The notes beneath the pieces are model-generated. The model was not told the origin of the DNA and did not search any database. It saw only the letters and a list, made by a program, of their open reading frames with translations. From contig JAUQPU010000005.1 of assembly GCA_030550235.1 (NCBI GenBank), forward strand, positions 5,910 to 29,909: a stretch of DNA of 24,000 nucleotides, written 5' to 3'. The position numbers and the translations under genes were made by a program. Numbering within the stretch: the stretch's first letter is position 1; each line of letters opens with the position of its first letter. Source of the DNA: Thermoproteota archaeon. Its GTDB lineage: Archaea > Thermoproteota > Nitrososphaeria_A > Caldarchaeales > Calditenuaceae. Shown here piece after piece: positions 9,232 through 18,117 of the stretch.

Positions 9232-9995
9232 CAACCCAGAATAAAGGGTTGGACCATATCTTCGCCCTTAAGCTCATCTCCGAATCACTTTTAGGGCGCC
9301 CGGCGTATGGTCTCTGAGGCGCCCACCCGCCTCTCAATCTCAGAGACTATCTCGCTCATACTATACTTTCTGTCAGATGATAGTTGATACGCCTTTTCAA
9401 TAAGCATCCTGAATCCCTCGGCGCTTTTATGTTCCTTCCTCTCTAATCCCTCAACTATTTCAGCGAAGTGTTTGAATTCGCTCCATTTGATTATTGGCTT
9501 ATGCTTTCTGAAGAATGGGATTATCTTCTCAACGAGGTTTCTTCGCGCATCTACAATATATTGGAGCATTGTGTCTTCCTGTCCTGGCTTAGGTATGATT
9601 CTTCCACAGTTAAATGTTCTCTTCAATATCTCAAGCACTACTCTCTTCTCAGCGCTTTGTGTCACATGGAATACGGGATCAATAACCCATCCAAACCGCG
9701 TATTGTCCTGTTTTTTAATCGATACTGAGAAACACCCTTCACCATCTACAAGGCCAACTATGTAGTAGTAGAGATACTTCCTTCTGCGAGGCAGTCGTTC
9801 CGGATCGACCAAGTCTCCGAACTCATTGAGCAATCCTTGCTACACCACGTAATCCTCTGTATTGACTCTTTAAAGAGTTAAGGCGGGTGGTTCCCTGCGG
9901 GTCGGTGTCATCCGGTCAACCTTTATTCCTTGCTCAGGAGGCTGACCAGTCCATCCTTCCCCGCATATAGCCGGGTTTAATGACCCCCTAACTCG
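9232..9995 (-). mobile_element. Intron in the 23S rRNA at the E. coli position 1923 equivalent, probable group I type, with homing endonuclease ORF
   Basis: Removing 9232-9995 restores the conserved LSU sequence GACCCU|CUUAAGGUAGCC. P1 pairing UGACCCU(exon)/GGGGUCA(intron) has a U.G pair at the 5' splice site and the last intron nt is G. P4 GCGGG/CCCGC, a 10-bp P5-like stem, 'GAAGAUAUGGUCC' and a 6-bp P9 hairpin are present. Confidence 0.85.
9291..9833 (-). CDS. Single-motif LAGLIDADG homing endonuclease encoded inside the 23S rRNA intron
   Basis: 'YYYIVGLVDGEGCFSVSIKK' LAGLIDADG helix, 180 aa, wholly inside the intron. Confidence 0.92.
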   Translation of the reverse strand: MLNEFGDLVDPERLPRRRKYLYYYIVGLVDGEGCFSVSIKKQDNTRFGWVIDPVFHVTQSAEKRVVLEILKRTFNCGRIIPKPGQEDTMLQYIVDARRNLVEKIIPFFRKHKPIIKWSEFKHFAEIVEGLERKEHKSAEGFRMLIEKAYQLSSDRKYSMSEIVSEIERRVGASETIRRAP

Positions 9996-11792
9996 AGGGT
10001 CAGAGTTACCCCCGGCGCTAACCGGCCCTTATCCCGGTTGGACCCAGGGTTCAGGTACCGGTGCTGGCCAGGATTGAGGAGCCGTTCAAAGCCTTTCGGC
10101 CTCGCGGCTCCCTATGTTTTTATTAAACAGTCGGGACCCCCCTGTCACTGCGACCTACCAACCCACCCTCACCGGGCAGGAAGGCAGGCACCCCTTCACC
10201 CGAAGTGACGGGGCCAATTTGCCGAGTTCCCTAGCCTGGAGTAACCCCAGACGCCTTGGCCTTCTCAGCCAGGGGCACCTGTGTCGGATCTAGGTACGGT
10301 CTCCTGGAATCGTTCCGGGCTCCCTTTTCACTGGCCCCAGGATCCAGCCGAAGCGGCCTTAAGGCCGCCCCATCCCTCCATTCACCTGGTTCTCGCCATT
10401 ACGGCTCTCCCCAGGCTTGGGAGGTTAGACAGGGCTACGGCCCTGCTCGGCCTTACCCGAGGCGTCAGGAGCCCGGCCTGCGTCGCCGCATCTATCCAGG
10501 AGGCACCGGAATCTTAACCGGTTTCCCCTTCGGCCTACCCGGTTAAGGTCGGCCTTAGGACCGGCTTACTCCCGGCTGACGACGCATTGCCGGGAAACCC
10601 GTGCCCTTCCGGCGGAGGGGATTCCCACCCCTCTTCGCTGTCTACTACCACCGGGATCTACATTAGCGGCCGGTCCACGGGACCTCACGGCCCCGCTTCT
10701 ACCCAACCGCTACGCCCCCCTACCCCCACCCATGCACTGCATGGGTGAGCCCGGGTTTCGGCGGCCCGCTTAGACCCGTCAATTTTCGGGGCCCCCACCC
10801 TCGGCGGGTAAGCTGTTACGCACTTCTTAGCCGATGGCTGCTTCTAAGCCTACGGCCCCGCTGTCTCAGGGTGAAGACGCCCTTCAGTTTGTCACTTAGC
10901 GGGCACTTAGGGGCCTTAACCCGCGGTCTGGGTTGTTCCCCTCTCGGTCCCGGAGCTTACCCCCGGTACCCCACTCCTGGGATCTACGGCGCCCGCGGAT
11001 TCGGAGTTCGAAAGGAGAGTGGAGCCTCATCGGCCCCTTGCTCCCCCATCGGTGCTCTACCCCGCGGGCAACCTCCCCCAGGGCTGTCCTGCGAGACACT
11101 TCGGGGGGAACTAGCTATCACCGGGCTCGATTAGCTTTTAACCCCTAGCCCCAGGTCAGGGGACCGATTTGCACATCAAGACCCCTATTCGGGCCTCCAC
11201 CAGGGTTTCCCCTGGCTTCGCCCTGCCCAGGGCTAGATCGCCCGGTTTCTAGCCTCACGGGCGTGACTACAGGCCCTTTCGGACCCCGCCCCTCACCAGA
11301 GCCTATAGCCTGGCTGCGGGCAAGTCGGTTTCCCCACGCCTACGGGCTTTCAGCCCTTAGGCTCGCCACACCCGTGAACTCCCCGGCCCGTGATTCAAGA
11401 CGGAGTGCACGACCTTGGGATTGTCCCCACTCGCCCTTGCGGGGCTTCGCAGGGAGTTCCCTTTCAGGCCGTGCTCGTCTGTTACCAGCCGGTTTCAGGC
11501 GCTTTTCACCCCCCTCTCGGGGTACTTTTCACCTTTGGCTCACGCTACTGGTCCGCTATCGGTCTTGGGACGTATTTAGCCTTGGAGGCCAGTGGCCCCC
11601 AACTTCCCACACCATATCCGAGGTGCGGTACTCTGGGACATGGGGCATCGTCCCTCCAGCCTTCGCCTACGGGGCTATCACCCTCTACGGCCCCCCATTC
11701 CAGGGGAGTTCGGCTCAGCCTTCAGAACGGACCCCCAGCCCATAACCCCACATTCCCCGTGAGTTAACCCCACGGGGTTCGGTTTGGGCTTC

Positions 11793-11826
<34 letters not shown>

Positions 11827-12056
11827 ATTTGATTTCTTCTCCTCCCCCTACTTGGATGCTTCCGTTCGGGGGGTTCCCGATCCCAGGCTTAAGGCCCGGG
11901 AACGAGGTGGCCGAAGCCACCCCAGGAAATCCCATTAGGAGATCCCCGGATCGACGCCTGCCTGCGGCTACCCGGGGCTTATCGCAGCTTGCCACGTCCT
12001 TCTTCAGCGCCCAAGCCGAGGCATCCACCGGCTGGCGTACCCCCGCTTAGTGCCAA

Positions 12057-12091
12057 GGCGCGGCCTACTTCGCCACGCTCCAACACACCTC
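12057..12091. other. 5' half of a candidate pre-23S terminal/processing stem
   Basis: Inverted-repeat partner of 8183-8216. The pairs differ by one bulged base in the outer arm and one G.U-type change in the inner arm. Confidence 0.6.
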
Positions 12092-12200
12092 TGCAACGCG
12101 GTCATAGGAAATTCCAAGCCTCCCTCCCGCATTCATGCCCCCCAGTCTTTACTGCTGAGGAGCAAACATCGCTGGACGCAATAAATTGTAAGTGGCTGTT

Positions 12201-12210
12201 GCTTATAAAT
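12201..12210 (-). promoter_or_regulatory. Putative TATA box of the 23S rRNA gene
   Basis: Minus-strand 'ATTTATAAGC', located between the end of the upstream CDS and the 23S 5' flank. Confidence 0.5.
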
Positions 12211-12226
12211 CTATACCTGCTCTAAG

Positions 12227-13642
12227 CTAATCTGTAATTAGTACTCTGAGCTCCTCTATCTCGTCTTGGAACTTCGCCCTGAGTTTTTCAACCAGGTTGA
12301 CCCCGTTAATCTGTACGCGCCCCTTGAGGATTATGTCAACGTCTCCGTAGACCTCGTCTATGTAGTCTATCTCCTCCCATGTGGCGAGATCCTGAACCAG
12401 CTCCGAAGCGTCTGCCTGGGGTCGGAGCTTGAGTAGGACGTAGGCCCGCTCCTCGCCGAAGAATCGTCTAATAAGGTCCTCCTTAACCTCGCGACCTAGA
12501 GCCTCGCTCAGATACTGTGCAAGCTCTCTCGGTGAGCCTTTTCTGCCAGTTGTCACAACTCTCTTGATGATCTCCTCAACTATTCTTCTTGCATCGACCT
12601 CGTTTAAATCATGGCCGTTCAGCTTCGCTATCTCTATTATCAGCTTGTGGCTCATGTATGGGGTCACGGCATATTTCACGGCATCCATGTCGTATTCCAG
12701 CTTCTTCTTGGGCATGTATCCCTCCGGCTTCTTGATGACCATTGACTGGTGGACACCTGCCCTAATTGTCTTCGCCTCCTCGGAAAGTGGGTGACGCCAG
12801 GGGATCTGCACCCCCGTGAGTCTGGAGAACTCGCGATAAATCCTCGCAAGCTCCTCCCGCCTCACACCCAAGTCATAGCCATGAACATCTTGAAGCGGCG
12901 CAACAACTTCGTATAGGTCTGCTATCCCATTCCTATCGCCGATGCCGAGGATGGTGACGTGTGCTTCAGAAGCTCCAGCTAGGATGGACTCGATAGTGTT
13001 TGCGGATGCGAAGCCGTAGTCATTGTGGAAGTGTGTAGCGATGGGTAGGTGGCTCCTTTCTATGCAATATTTCGTGAACTCTCTGGCCTCTCTCGGGGTC
13101 ATGAGCCCCGCCGTATCTGGCATGCTTACAAGCGTCGCGCCCGCAGACCTAAGCTCGCTTGTGAACTTGAGATAGTCGTCGAGGATATCGAAGCGACGCT
13201 CATTGAATAGTCGGGACGCATCCTCATAGGTTACTCGGACATATTCTAGCCCCAGCGGCTTGACGAGCTCGACAGCCTCCAGCATCCTTGACTTAGCATC
13301 CTCATAGTTAATTCCCCCCAGCTTGTAGTCTAGATGTATCTGCGAGACGGCGAAGTAAGCGGCGACGCCGTCCAGGTCGTACCTGCTCATCGCCTCGACA
13401 TCCCTCCTGAACGCCCTCCCATGCATAACGACTTGAACCCCCCTATCTCTCAGAAAGTTAACCAACTTGACGTTATCCTCGAAGGATGTTCTGGGCGGGT
13501 AGTCGACCGTCACCTCAACCCTCCTGATCCCAGCCTCTACAAGCAGCTCCGCAACCCGGAGCCTCTTCTTAAGGGGAAGGACCTTGAAAAGCTCGCCCTC
13601 CCTGAGGGTTGAGTCTAGGAGCACGCACGGCAAGGTTGTCAC
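12227..13642 (-). CDS. Homocitrate synthase / 2-isopropylmalate synthase family enzyme with a C-terminal Lrp-type RAM-like domain; homocitrate synthase favoured
   Basis: HMGL-like N terminus 'LLDSTLREGELFKVLPLKKRLRVAELLVEAGI' and 'HFHNDYGFASANTIESILAGA'. C terminus 'AYVLLKLRPQADASELVQDLATWEEIDYIDEVYGDVDIILKGRVQ' resembles the Lrp/AsnC effector domain. GTG start, with TATA-like 'TTTTATATTA' just upstream (13657-13666). Confidence 0.85.
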   Translation of the reverse strand: MTTLPCVLLDSTLREGELFKVLPLKKRLRVAELLVEAGIRRVEVTVDYPPRTSFEDNVKLVNFLRDRGVQVVMHGRAFRRDVEAMSRYDLDGVAAYFAVSQIHLDYKLGGINYEDAKSRMLEAVELVKPLGLEYVRVTYEDASRLFNERRFDILDDYLKFTSELRSAGATLVSMPDTAGLMTPREAREFTKYCIERSHLPIATHFHNDYGFASANTIESILAGASEAHVTILGIGDRNGIADLYEVVAPLQDVHGYDLGVRREELARIYREFSRLTGVQIPWRHPLSEEAKTIRAGVHQSMVIKKPEGYMPKKKLEYDMDAVKYAVTPYMSHKLIIEIAKLNGHDLNEVDARRIVEEIIKRVVTTGRKGSPRELAQYLSEALGREVKEDLIRRFFGEERAYVLLKLRPQADASELVQDLATWEEIDYIDEVYGDVDIILKGRVQINGVNLVEKLRAKFQDEIEELRVLITD

Positions 13643-13656
13643 TTATTAGTTAGACT

Positions 13657-13666
13657 ATAATATAAA
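13657..13666 (-). promoter_or_regulatory. Putative TATA box of the homocitrate-synthase-like gene
   Basis: Minus-strand 'TTTTATATTA' about 15-25 nt upstream of the GTG start, consistent with a leaderless archaeal transcript. Confidence 0.45.
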
Positions 13667-13819
13667 ACTTATTCGACAAATGCCTACCTAGTTTTCCATA
13701 TCCCTTAAACCTTTAAAGCTTGAGAAAACCCCTCGTCAACCGCCAATATGATAAACAGGCTGGAGACTTTCCCCACAAACTTATATCTCCTTGGACGTGT
13801 CTCCTTCTCCTTGAGTGGG

Positions 13820-14056
13820 ATGCGCCCCTCCAGGCTAATAGGGTATCTAATGATAATCCTCTCTCCGCTGGGCTTCGCCTTCTATACACTCTGGTTCTTT
13901 AACCTGCTACCAGGACTGGACCCTGATCTAGTTGTTAAATCGACGATTTATCTCCTAGCGCTATTCTTCTTCGGCGTAGTAGGGGTCCTAGGATACTTGG
14001 TTATTACTGCGCCTAGGCCTAAGGAATCCGTCAGAGGTGGCTCGGAACATGCCTAA
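13820..14056 (+). CDS. Small two-TM membrane protein, unknown function
   Basis: Two strongly hydrophobic segments after the internal Met ('MRPSRLIGYLMIILSPLGFAFYTLWFF...STIYLLALFFFGVVGVLGYLVI'). The C terminus overlaps the next gene start by 20 nt. Confidence 0.5.
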   Translation: MRPSRLIGYLMIILSPLGFAFYTLWFFNLLPGLDPDLVVKSTIYLLALFFFGVVGVLGYLVITAPRPKESVRGGSEHA

Positions 14057-14891
14057 GAGATACCCCGCTGTTGCTGGATATTTCTATGAATCAGAACCCT
14101 CAAGGCTTAGGAGGCAGATCGAGCAGTGCTTCACCTCAACACATGGGCCGGGTGGTATGCCATCTAAGGGTGGCTCAGAGCCACCCATGGCCCTCATCTC
14201 ACCCCATGCGGGATACATGTACTCGGGGCCTGTTGCGGCACACGGTTACCATCTAGCCTCGCGAGGGCCTATACCGGGGACGGTTGTAGTGGTTGGTCCG
14301 AACCATCACGGGGAGGGGACAGAGGTCTCAATCTACCCGCTGGGACAGTGGGTTACGCCTCTAGGCGAGGTCGAGATAGATTCTGAGCTTTCGAGAAGAC
14401 TGATAGAGGAGAGTGACCTGATATCTATGGATGAGCTTAGCCACGTTTACGAGCACTCGATAGAGGTTCAGTTGCCCTTCCTCCAATATGTCTTCGGGCG
14501 CATAAGATTGGTGCCTATCTGTATGCTTAACCAGTCAATTGAGTCCGCCCAGCACGTGGGCGAGGTACTAGCTAAAGCCATCGAGAGGCCCGAGGAGTAT
14601 CTAATCGTTGCGAGTTCCGACTTCACACACTACGAGCCCCATGATGAGGCCGTCAGGAGGGATAGGCCTGTCATCGAGAAGATACTGGAGCTAGACGTAG
14701 AGGGTTTCTATACGGAGATGCGGGACAGGGGGGCAACACTCTGCGGATATGGCGCGGTAGGTGCTATAATGTGGTATGCGAGGCTTAAGGGATATACTAA
14801 ACCTCGACTCCTAAAATACGCGACAAGCGGAGACACGAGCGGCGACAGGTCGTCAGTTGTCGGCTACGCCTCGATAGCCTTCCTGCGTTGA
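14037..14891 (+). CDS. MEMO1 family (AmmeMemoRadiSam system protein B-like) protein
   Basis: 'VAGYFYESEPSRLRRQIEQCF', 'ALISPHAGYMYSGPVAAHGY', 'VVVGPNHHGEG', 'EHSIEVQLPFLQYVFG', 'IVASSDFTHYEPH' are MEMO family signatures. Confidence 0.93.
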   Translation: MARNMPKRYPAVAGYFYESEPSRLRRQIEQCFTSTHGPGGMPSKGGSEPPMALISPHAGYMYSGPVAAHGYHLASRGPIPGTVVVVGPNHHGEGTEVSIYPLGQWVTPLGEVEIDSELSRRLIEESDLISMDELSHVYEHSIEVQLPFLQYVFGRIRLVPICMLNQSIESAQHVGEVLAKAIERPEEYLIVASSDFTHYEPHDEAVRRDRPVIEKILELDVEGFYTEMRDRGATLCGYGAVGAIMWYARLKGYTKPRLLKYATSGDTSGDRSSVVGYASIAFLR

Positions 14892-14899
14892 TGAACTCC

Positions 14900-16291
14900 T
14901 CACTGGTTATATTTCTTATGTTGCTCGTCGGAGTATTCCCAATACTTGAGGATAATAGGGCACCACTCCTTCTCTGGACAGTAGCCTAGGTGTTTACACT
15001 TCTCACCCATAGCATCCCTCAGCCAGGGAGCAGCTTTCTCCACCTCCCTCCAGAGCCTATACGCTATCGCCCGCTCCTCCCACTGGGCCGCGCTACACGT
15101 CCTAGTGGCCAGGAACCCCATAGGACTTAAGAGATTGAATAGATTATAGCTCCTGATGACCCTGATCTTTAAAGAGTTTGGAAGCGCGTAGAGTGCAGCT
15201 GACACTTCTCCCCCCGACATGAGTGACGAGTAGAGGTCGCCCAGCTCTTCACAGGCCTCGATAAATCTCTGTGATAGCGTCTGGCGCGACCTAATCGATG
15301 GTGGAATGACAATACTCTCCTCAGGCCTACTTAACCATCTCTCGGCCGCTTCATATAGAGACTCTACAACTGTTGGTACTGTCCTGTGTCTTATAGCCTG
15401 GTGATACGCGGCTAGTGAAAGAGACTCGATGGTCAAGGCCCTTAGAAGGGGTGCTGCCTGCTCAGCCACCACACCTTCAAGACCCAGCCCCTCAAACCCT
15501 CTTGGATAATCTATGGAGAGGAGCTCCGCCTCCCCAGATGGCCTATCGCCGCCGAGACGCTGAACCAGCCCGTCTCCCTGCCTAAGAGGGTCTGTAACCG
15601 GGTAGTATCCCCAACGCGCCTTGAAGCTGAGCCTAGAGTCCAAGAGTAGTGGTGCACTCCTCTTCGCGGCTTCGAGAATCTTTCCGACAAGCGTTTTAAG
15701 CTCCTGGGTAACTACCCCTAAGCCCTGCTCGACCTTTCGCATAATGTATACGTGGGACTCAAGTGGTAGTGTTGCGTAGAGTGAGGTTGCGGCGGAGAGT
15801 GGCAGCAGATAGCGGGAATCCTCCAGATGGACTCCCTCCTCACAGAGCCTCCTATACGCGTTAAAGCACTTATCCATCACTCTCGAATACTTGTGCTCGA
15901 GATCCTTGCCCCTAAGCTCCGCGGGGATCAGAAGCCTCTCCCTAGTCAGGGCCGACCTCCTCTGACTCTCTTGTAGATAGCTGCCGAAGATAGGGGCCAC
16001 GAGAAGCATGGATATCAGGCGGCTACAGTTGGAGACCTCCCAGAACATGACCATGGAGGTGGCTAGGGATGCGTGCCCCCTGCGTGTCGACTCCCTGTGG
16101 ACCTTAGATGCTAGTTTGGAGAGCTCCTTCCCCCTAGAGAGGGCGTCAGAGACCCTCTCCCTAATATTCACACCCTGAAAAGTGCCTAGGCCCTCGACGG
16201 CGATAACCTCGTCCGGCCCAAGCTCCAGCCGGTCCTCCCTATAGAAAGGGCCCACAGAGAGCAAATCTAAGACAAGCTCGTCAGTATACAT
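14900..16291 (-). CDS. Divergent tandem ThyX-like (flavin-dependent thymidylate synthase superfamily) protein
   Basis: First half 'RRGHASLATSMVMFWEVSNCSRLISMLLVAPIFGSYLQESQRR' resembles the ThyX 'GHxS...E.SQRY' region. Second half has 'QAIRHRT', 'IVIPPS' and 'RTCSAAQWEERAIAYRLWREVEKAAP...CKHLGYCPE'. Confidence 0.7.
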   Translation of the reverse strand: MYTDELVLDLLSVGPFYREDRLELGPDEVIAVEGLGTFQGVNIRERVSDALSRGKELSKLASKVHRESTRRGHASLATSMVMFWEVSNCSRLISMLLVAPIFGSYLQESQRRSALTRERLLIPAELRGKDLEHKYSRVMDKCFNAYRRLCEEGVHLEDSRYLLPLSAATSLYATLPLESHVYIMRKVEQGLGVVTQELKTLVGKILEAAKRSAPLLLDSRLSFKARWGYYPVTDPLRQGDGLVQRLGGDRPSGEAELLSIDYPRGFEGLGLEGVVAEQAAPLLRALTIESLSLAAYHQAIRHRTVPTVVESLYEAAERWLSRPEESIVIPPSIRSRQTLSQRFIEACEELGDLYSSLMSGGEVSAALYALPNSLKIRVIRSYNLFNLLSPMGFLATRTCSAAQWEERAIAYRLWREVEKAAPWLRDAMGEKCKHLGYCPEKEWCPIILKYWEYSDEQHKKYNQ

Positions 16292-16298
16292 GCCTCAC

Positions 16299-16362
16299 CC
16301 GCCAGCCAGATTCTGTCACCGTCCCCATTAAATCATACCTCTCTAACCGCCAGCCAGATTCT
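16299..16362. repeat. Pair of 16-bp direct repeats (ccgccagccagattct) at 16299-16314 and 16347-16362
   Basis: Exact 16-mer seen twice with start-to-start spacing of 48 bp, immediately upstream of the minus-strand ThyX-like gene. Confidence 0.9.
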
Positions 16363-16456
16363 TCCGGCATCTACCTCAGGTCCCCCGGATCTTCTCTTTA
16401 GATGAGGGGTGCCAAACATGGTTAATATCAAGTGGGTCTACGTGCTTCTGTAGGGC

Positions 16457-16891
16457 TTGGAAGGCGGAGAGGCTGCACAGAAGAGGCTCTACAAGTCGTC
16501 AAGGCATAAAATAGTCGCGGGAGTTCTTGGTGGGATAGCGGAATATCTAGGCGTTGACCCAAACATAATAAGACTAATCTTCATAGTTGTCTTGTTCTTG
16601 AATTTCTACGCGGCCTTGGCGCTATATGTCGCTGCAGCCATTCTACTGCCCTCTGAGAGTGAGAAGGGCGCTGCAAGGATGCCCATAGAGAGGGCTATAC
16701 TCGCTGTAGCGGCTACGATTATGGTCTTCATCGGTTTAAGCTTTATATCAAGCCTTGCAGAGGTGCAGAGAATCATAGCGCTTCTGGGATTTCTTACACC
16801 TGTGGTAGGGCTTGTTCTTCTGATAGCGGGCGCCGTGCTCCTCCTCACCGTGTTGAGGGAGCAGAGTAGACCTCGCGGCTCTGCTTCTTAA
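16457..16891 (+). CDS. PspC-domain membrane protein
   Basis: 'KRLYKSSRHKIVAGVLGGIAEYLGVDPNIIRLIFIVVLFLNFYAALALYVAAAILLP' is a typical PspC domain, followed by two TM segments. Confidence 0.85.
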   Translation: MEGGEAAQKRLYKSSRHKIVAGVLGGIAEYLGVDPNIIRLIFIVVLFLNFYAALALYVAAAILLPSESEKGAARMPIERAILAVAATIMVFIGLSFISSLAEVQRIIALLGFLTPVVGLVLLIAGAVLLLTVLREQSRPRGSAS

Positions 16892-18050
16892 GGGCGAGCC
16901 CAGCTAAAGCTACGGGTATCAGTGAGAAGAGGGCTGAGTATTGGAACATCTCTGAATAGGTTGTCGCCTCTGCTACACTGCCCCACAGATAACCACCTAT
17001 CACGCCCCCCACGCTGAAGGTCGCTCCATACAACCCCATGTATCCGCCTCGCATATCCTCAGGCACCAGCTCGGATGCATACGCAATGGAGACGACATAG
17101 AGGCCGCCGAAGGTTAAGCTGTTGAGAGTCTGTGCGAGTATTACAACATATCTGTCAGGCGAGAGGCCTGAGATTGCCAACCTGAATGGGAACGCTAAGA
17201 GGCAGAGCAGGAGTATAGGTCTTCTCCCGACCCTGTCTGAGAGACGGCCCAAATAAACCATCGCAGGGATCTCAGTCAAACCCATCAGAGCGAAAGCCGT
17301 TGAGACCTCGAGAGGCGACGCTCCGAGCGAGTTTATCATGTGGAGGGAGAGGAAATTCATAATAGCCGAGTTGGCCACGAAGGCAAGCGTCATAGTCAGA
17401 AGTAGAATACCCGGCGCCCCTTCTAAGAGGCTGAGAGCCCTCACACCAAGGCCACCAGCTCTTCTGGTCCGCGCAGACTCTGTGAGCCTATGGCAAGAAA
17501 GGACAGAGAGGCTGATTATGACCGACGCAAAAAGGAATATGCTCCTCAAACCGAGTATGCTTACCAATACTCCGCCGAGGAAGGTCCCAGGAATCCAGCC
17601 GATACTCCCACCAATCCTAATCGAACCGAAGCCGCTTCCCCGTGAGAGACCAGCCCTCTCCAGTGAGTCTATTGAATAGGCCGTGACTATCGTGTTTGAT
17701 GCACCCATACTCATCATGAGGAGCGTGAATATGGCCACCACGGATATGTGGCCGAGCTCTATCGATAGTAGAAGGTGTGAGATGGATGCGCCAAAGGTTG
17801 TTGCTATGAGTATCTTGAGCCTTCCAACCCTGTCCGACAGCCTTCCTATATAATATGAGAAAAATCCCGATGCGATGTTGCTTATCGAGAAGGCGAGTCC
17901 TATCTGGCTCGGTGTTAAGCCGCTCTTCTCGAGGACTACTGGAAAATAGGGGACAGCCATCCCCATGGCCAGGTAAAACATCAGATTCCAGAGACGCATC
18001 GCCGCAATGGGGTTTAAAGCCAACTCCTCATCTGAAACCAAACACTCCAC
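16845..18050 (-). CDS. MFS transporter, paralog A
   Basis: 12-TM pattern and 'GRLSDRVGRLKILI' motif. Very similar to the ORF at 19870-21054. Confidence 0.88.
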   Translation of the reverse strand: MECLVSDEELALNPIAAMRLWNLMFYLAMGMAVPYFPVVLEKSGLTPSQIGLAFSISNIASGFFSYYIGRLSDRVGRLKILIATTFGASISHLLLSIELGHISVVAIFTLLMMSMGASNTIVTAYSIDSLERAGLSRGSGFGSIRIGGSIGWIPGTFLGGVLVSILGLRSIFLFASVIISLSVLSCHRLTESARTRRAGGLGVRALSLLEGAPGILLLTMTLAFVANSAIMNFLSLHMINSLGASPLEVSTAFALMGLTEIPAMVYLGRLSDRVGRRPILLLCLLAFPFRLAISGLSPDRYVVILAQTLNSLTFGGLYVVSIAYASELVPEDMRGGYMGLYGATFSVGGVIGGYLWGSVAEATTYSEMFQYSALFSLIPVALAGLALKKQSREVYSAPSTR

Positions 18051-18117
18051 TATTTATGATAAGGTTCAAAGACGCGGGCTCTGTCAAAAATTAAAATATG
18101 CCCGAGATAGAGTATCG

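Noticed and set aside
9472-9765. Plus-strand ORFs 9468-9728 and 9472-9765
   Set aside because: They are antisense shadows of the LAGLIDADG coding sequence with no recognisable domain.
9865-9878. Perfect 14-bp palindrome ACTCTTTAAAGAGT considered as a protein binding site
   Set aside because: It lies inside the 23S intron between the P4/P5 region and the ORF, where a short RNA hairpin (ACUCU/AGAGU with UUAA loop) is the simpler explanation.
9232-9995. Archaeal bulge-helix-bulge intron interpretation
   Set aside because: The splice junction is ambiguous by one C, so BHB is not fully excluded. However, P1 with U.G, terminal G and the S-like 'GAAGAUAUGGUCC' motif fit group I better, and I could not draw a convincing BHB by eye.
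13720-13902. 60-aa ORF 13720-13902 and the N-terminal part of ORF 13748-14056
   Set aside because: They sit in an intergenic/promoter region. The hydrophobic small protein more plausibly starts at the ATG at 13820.
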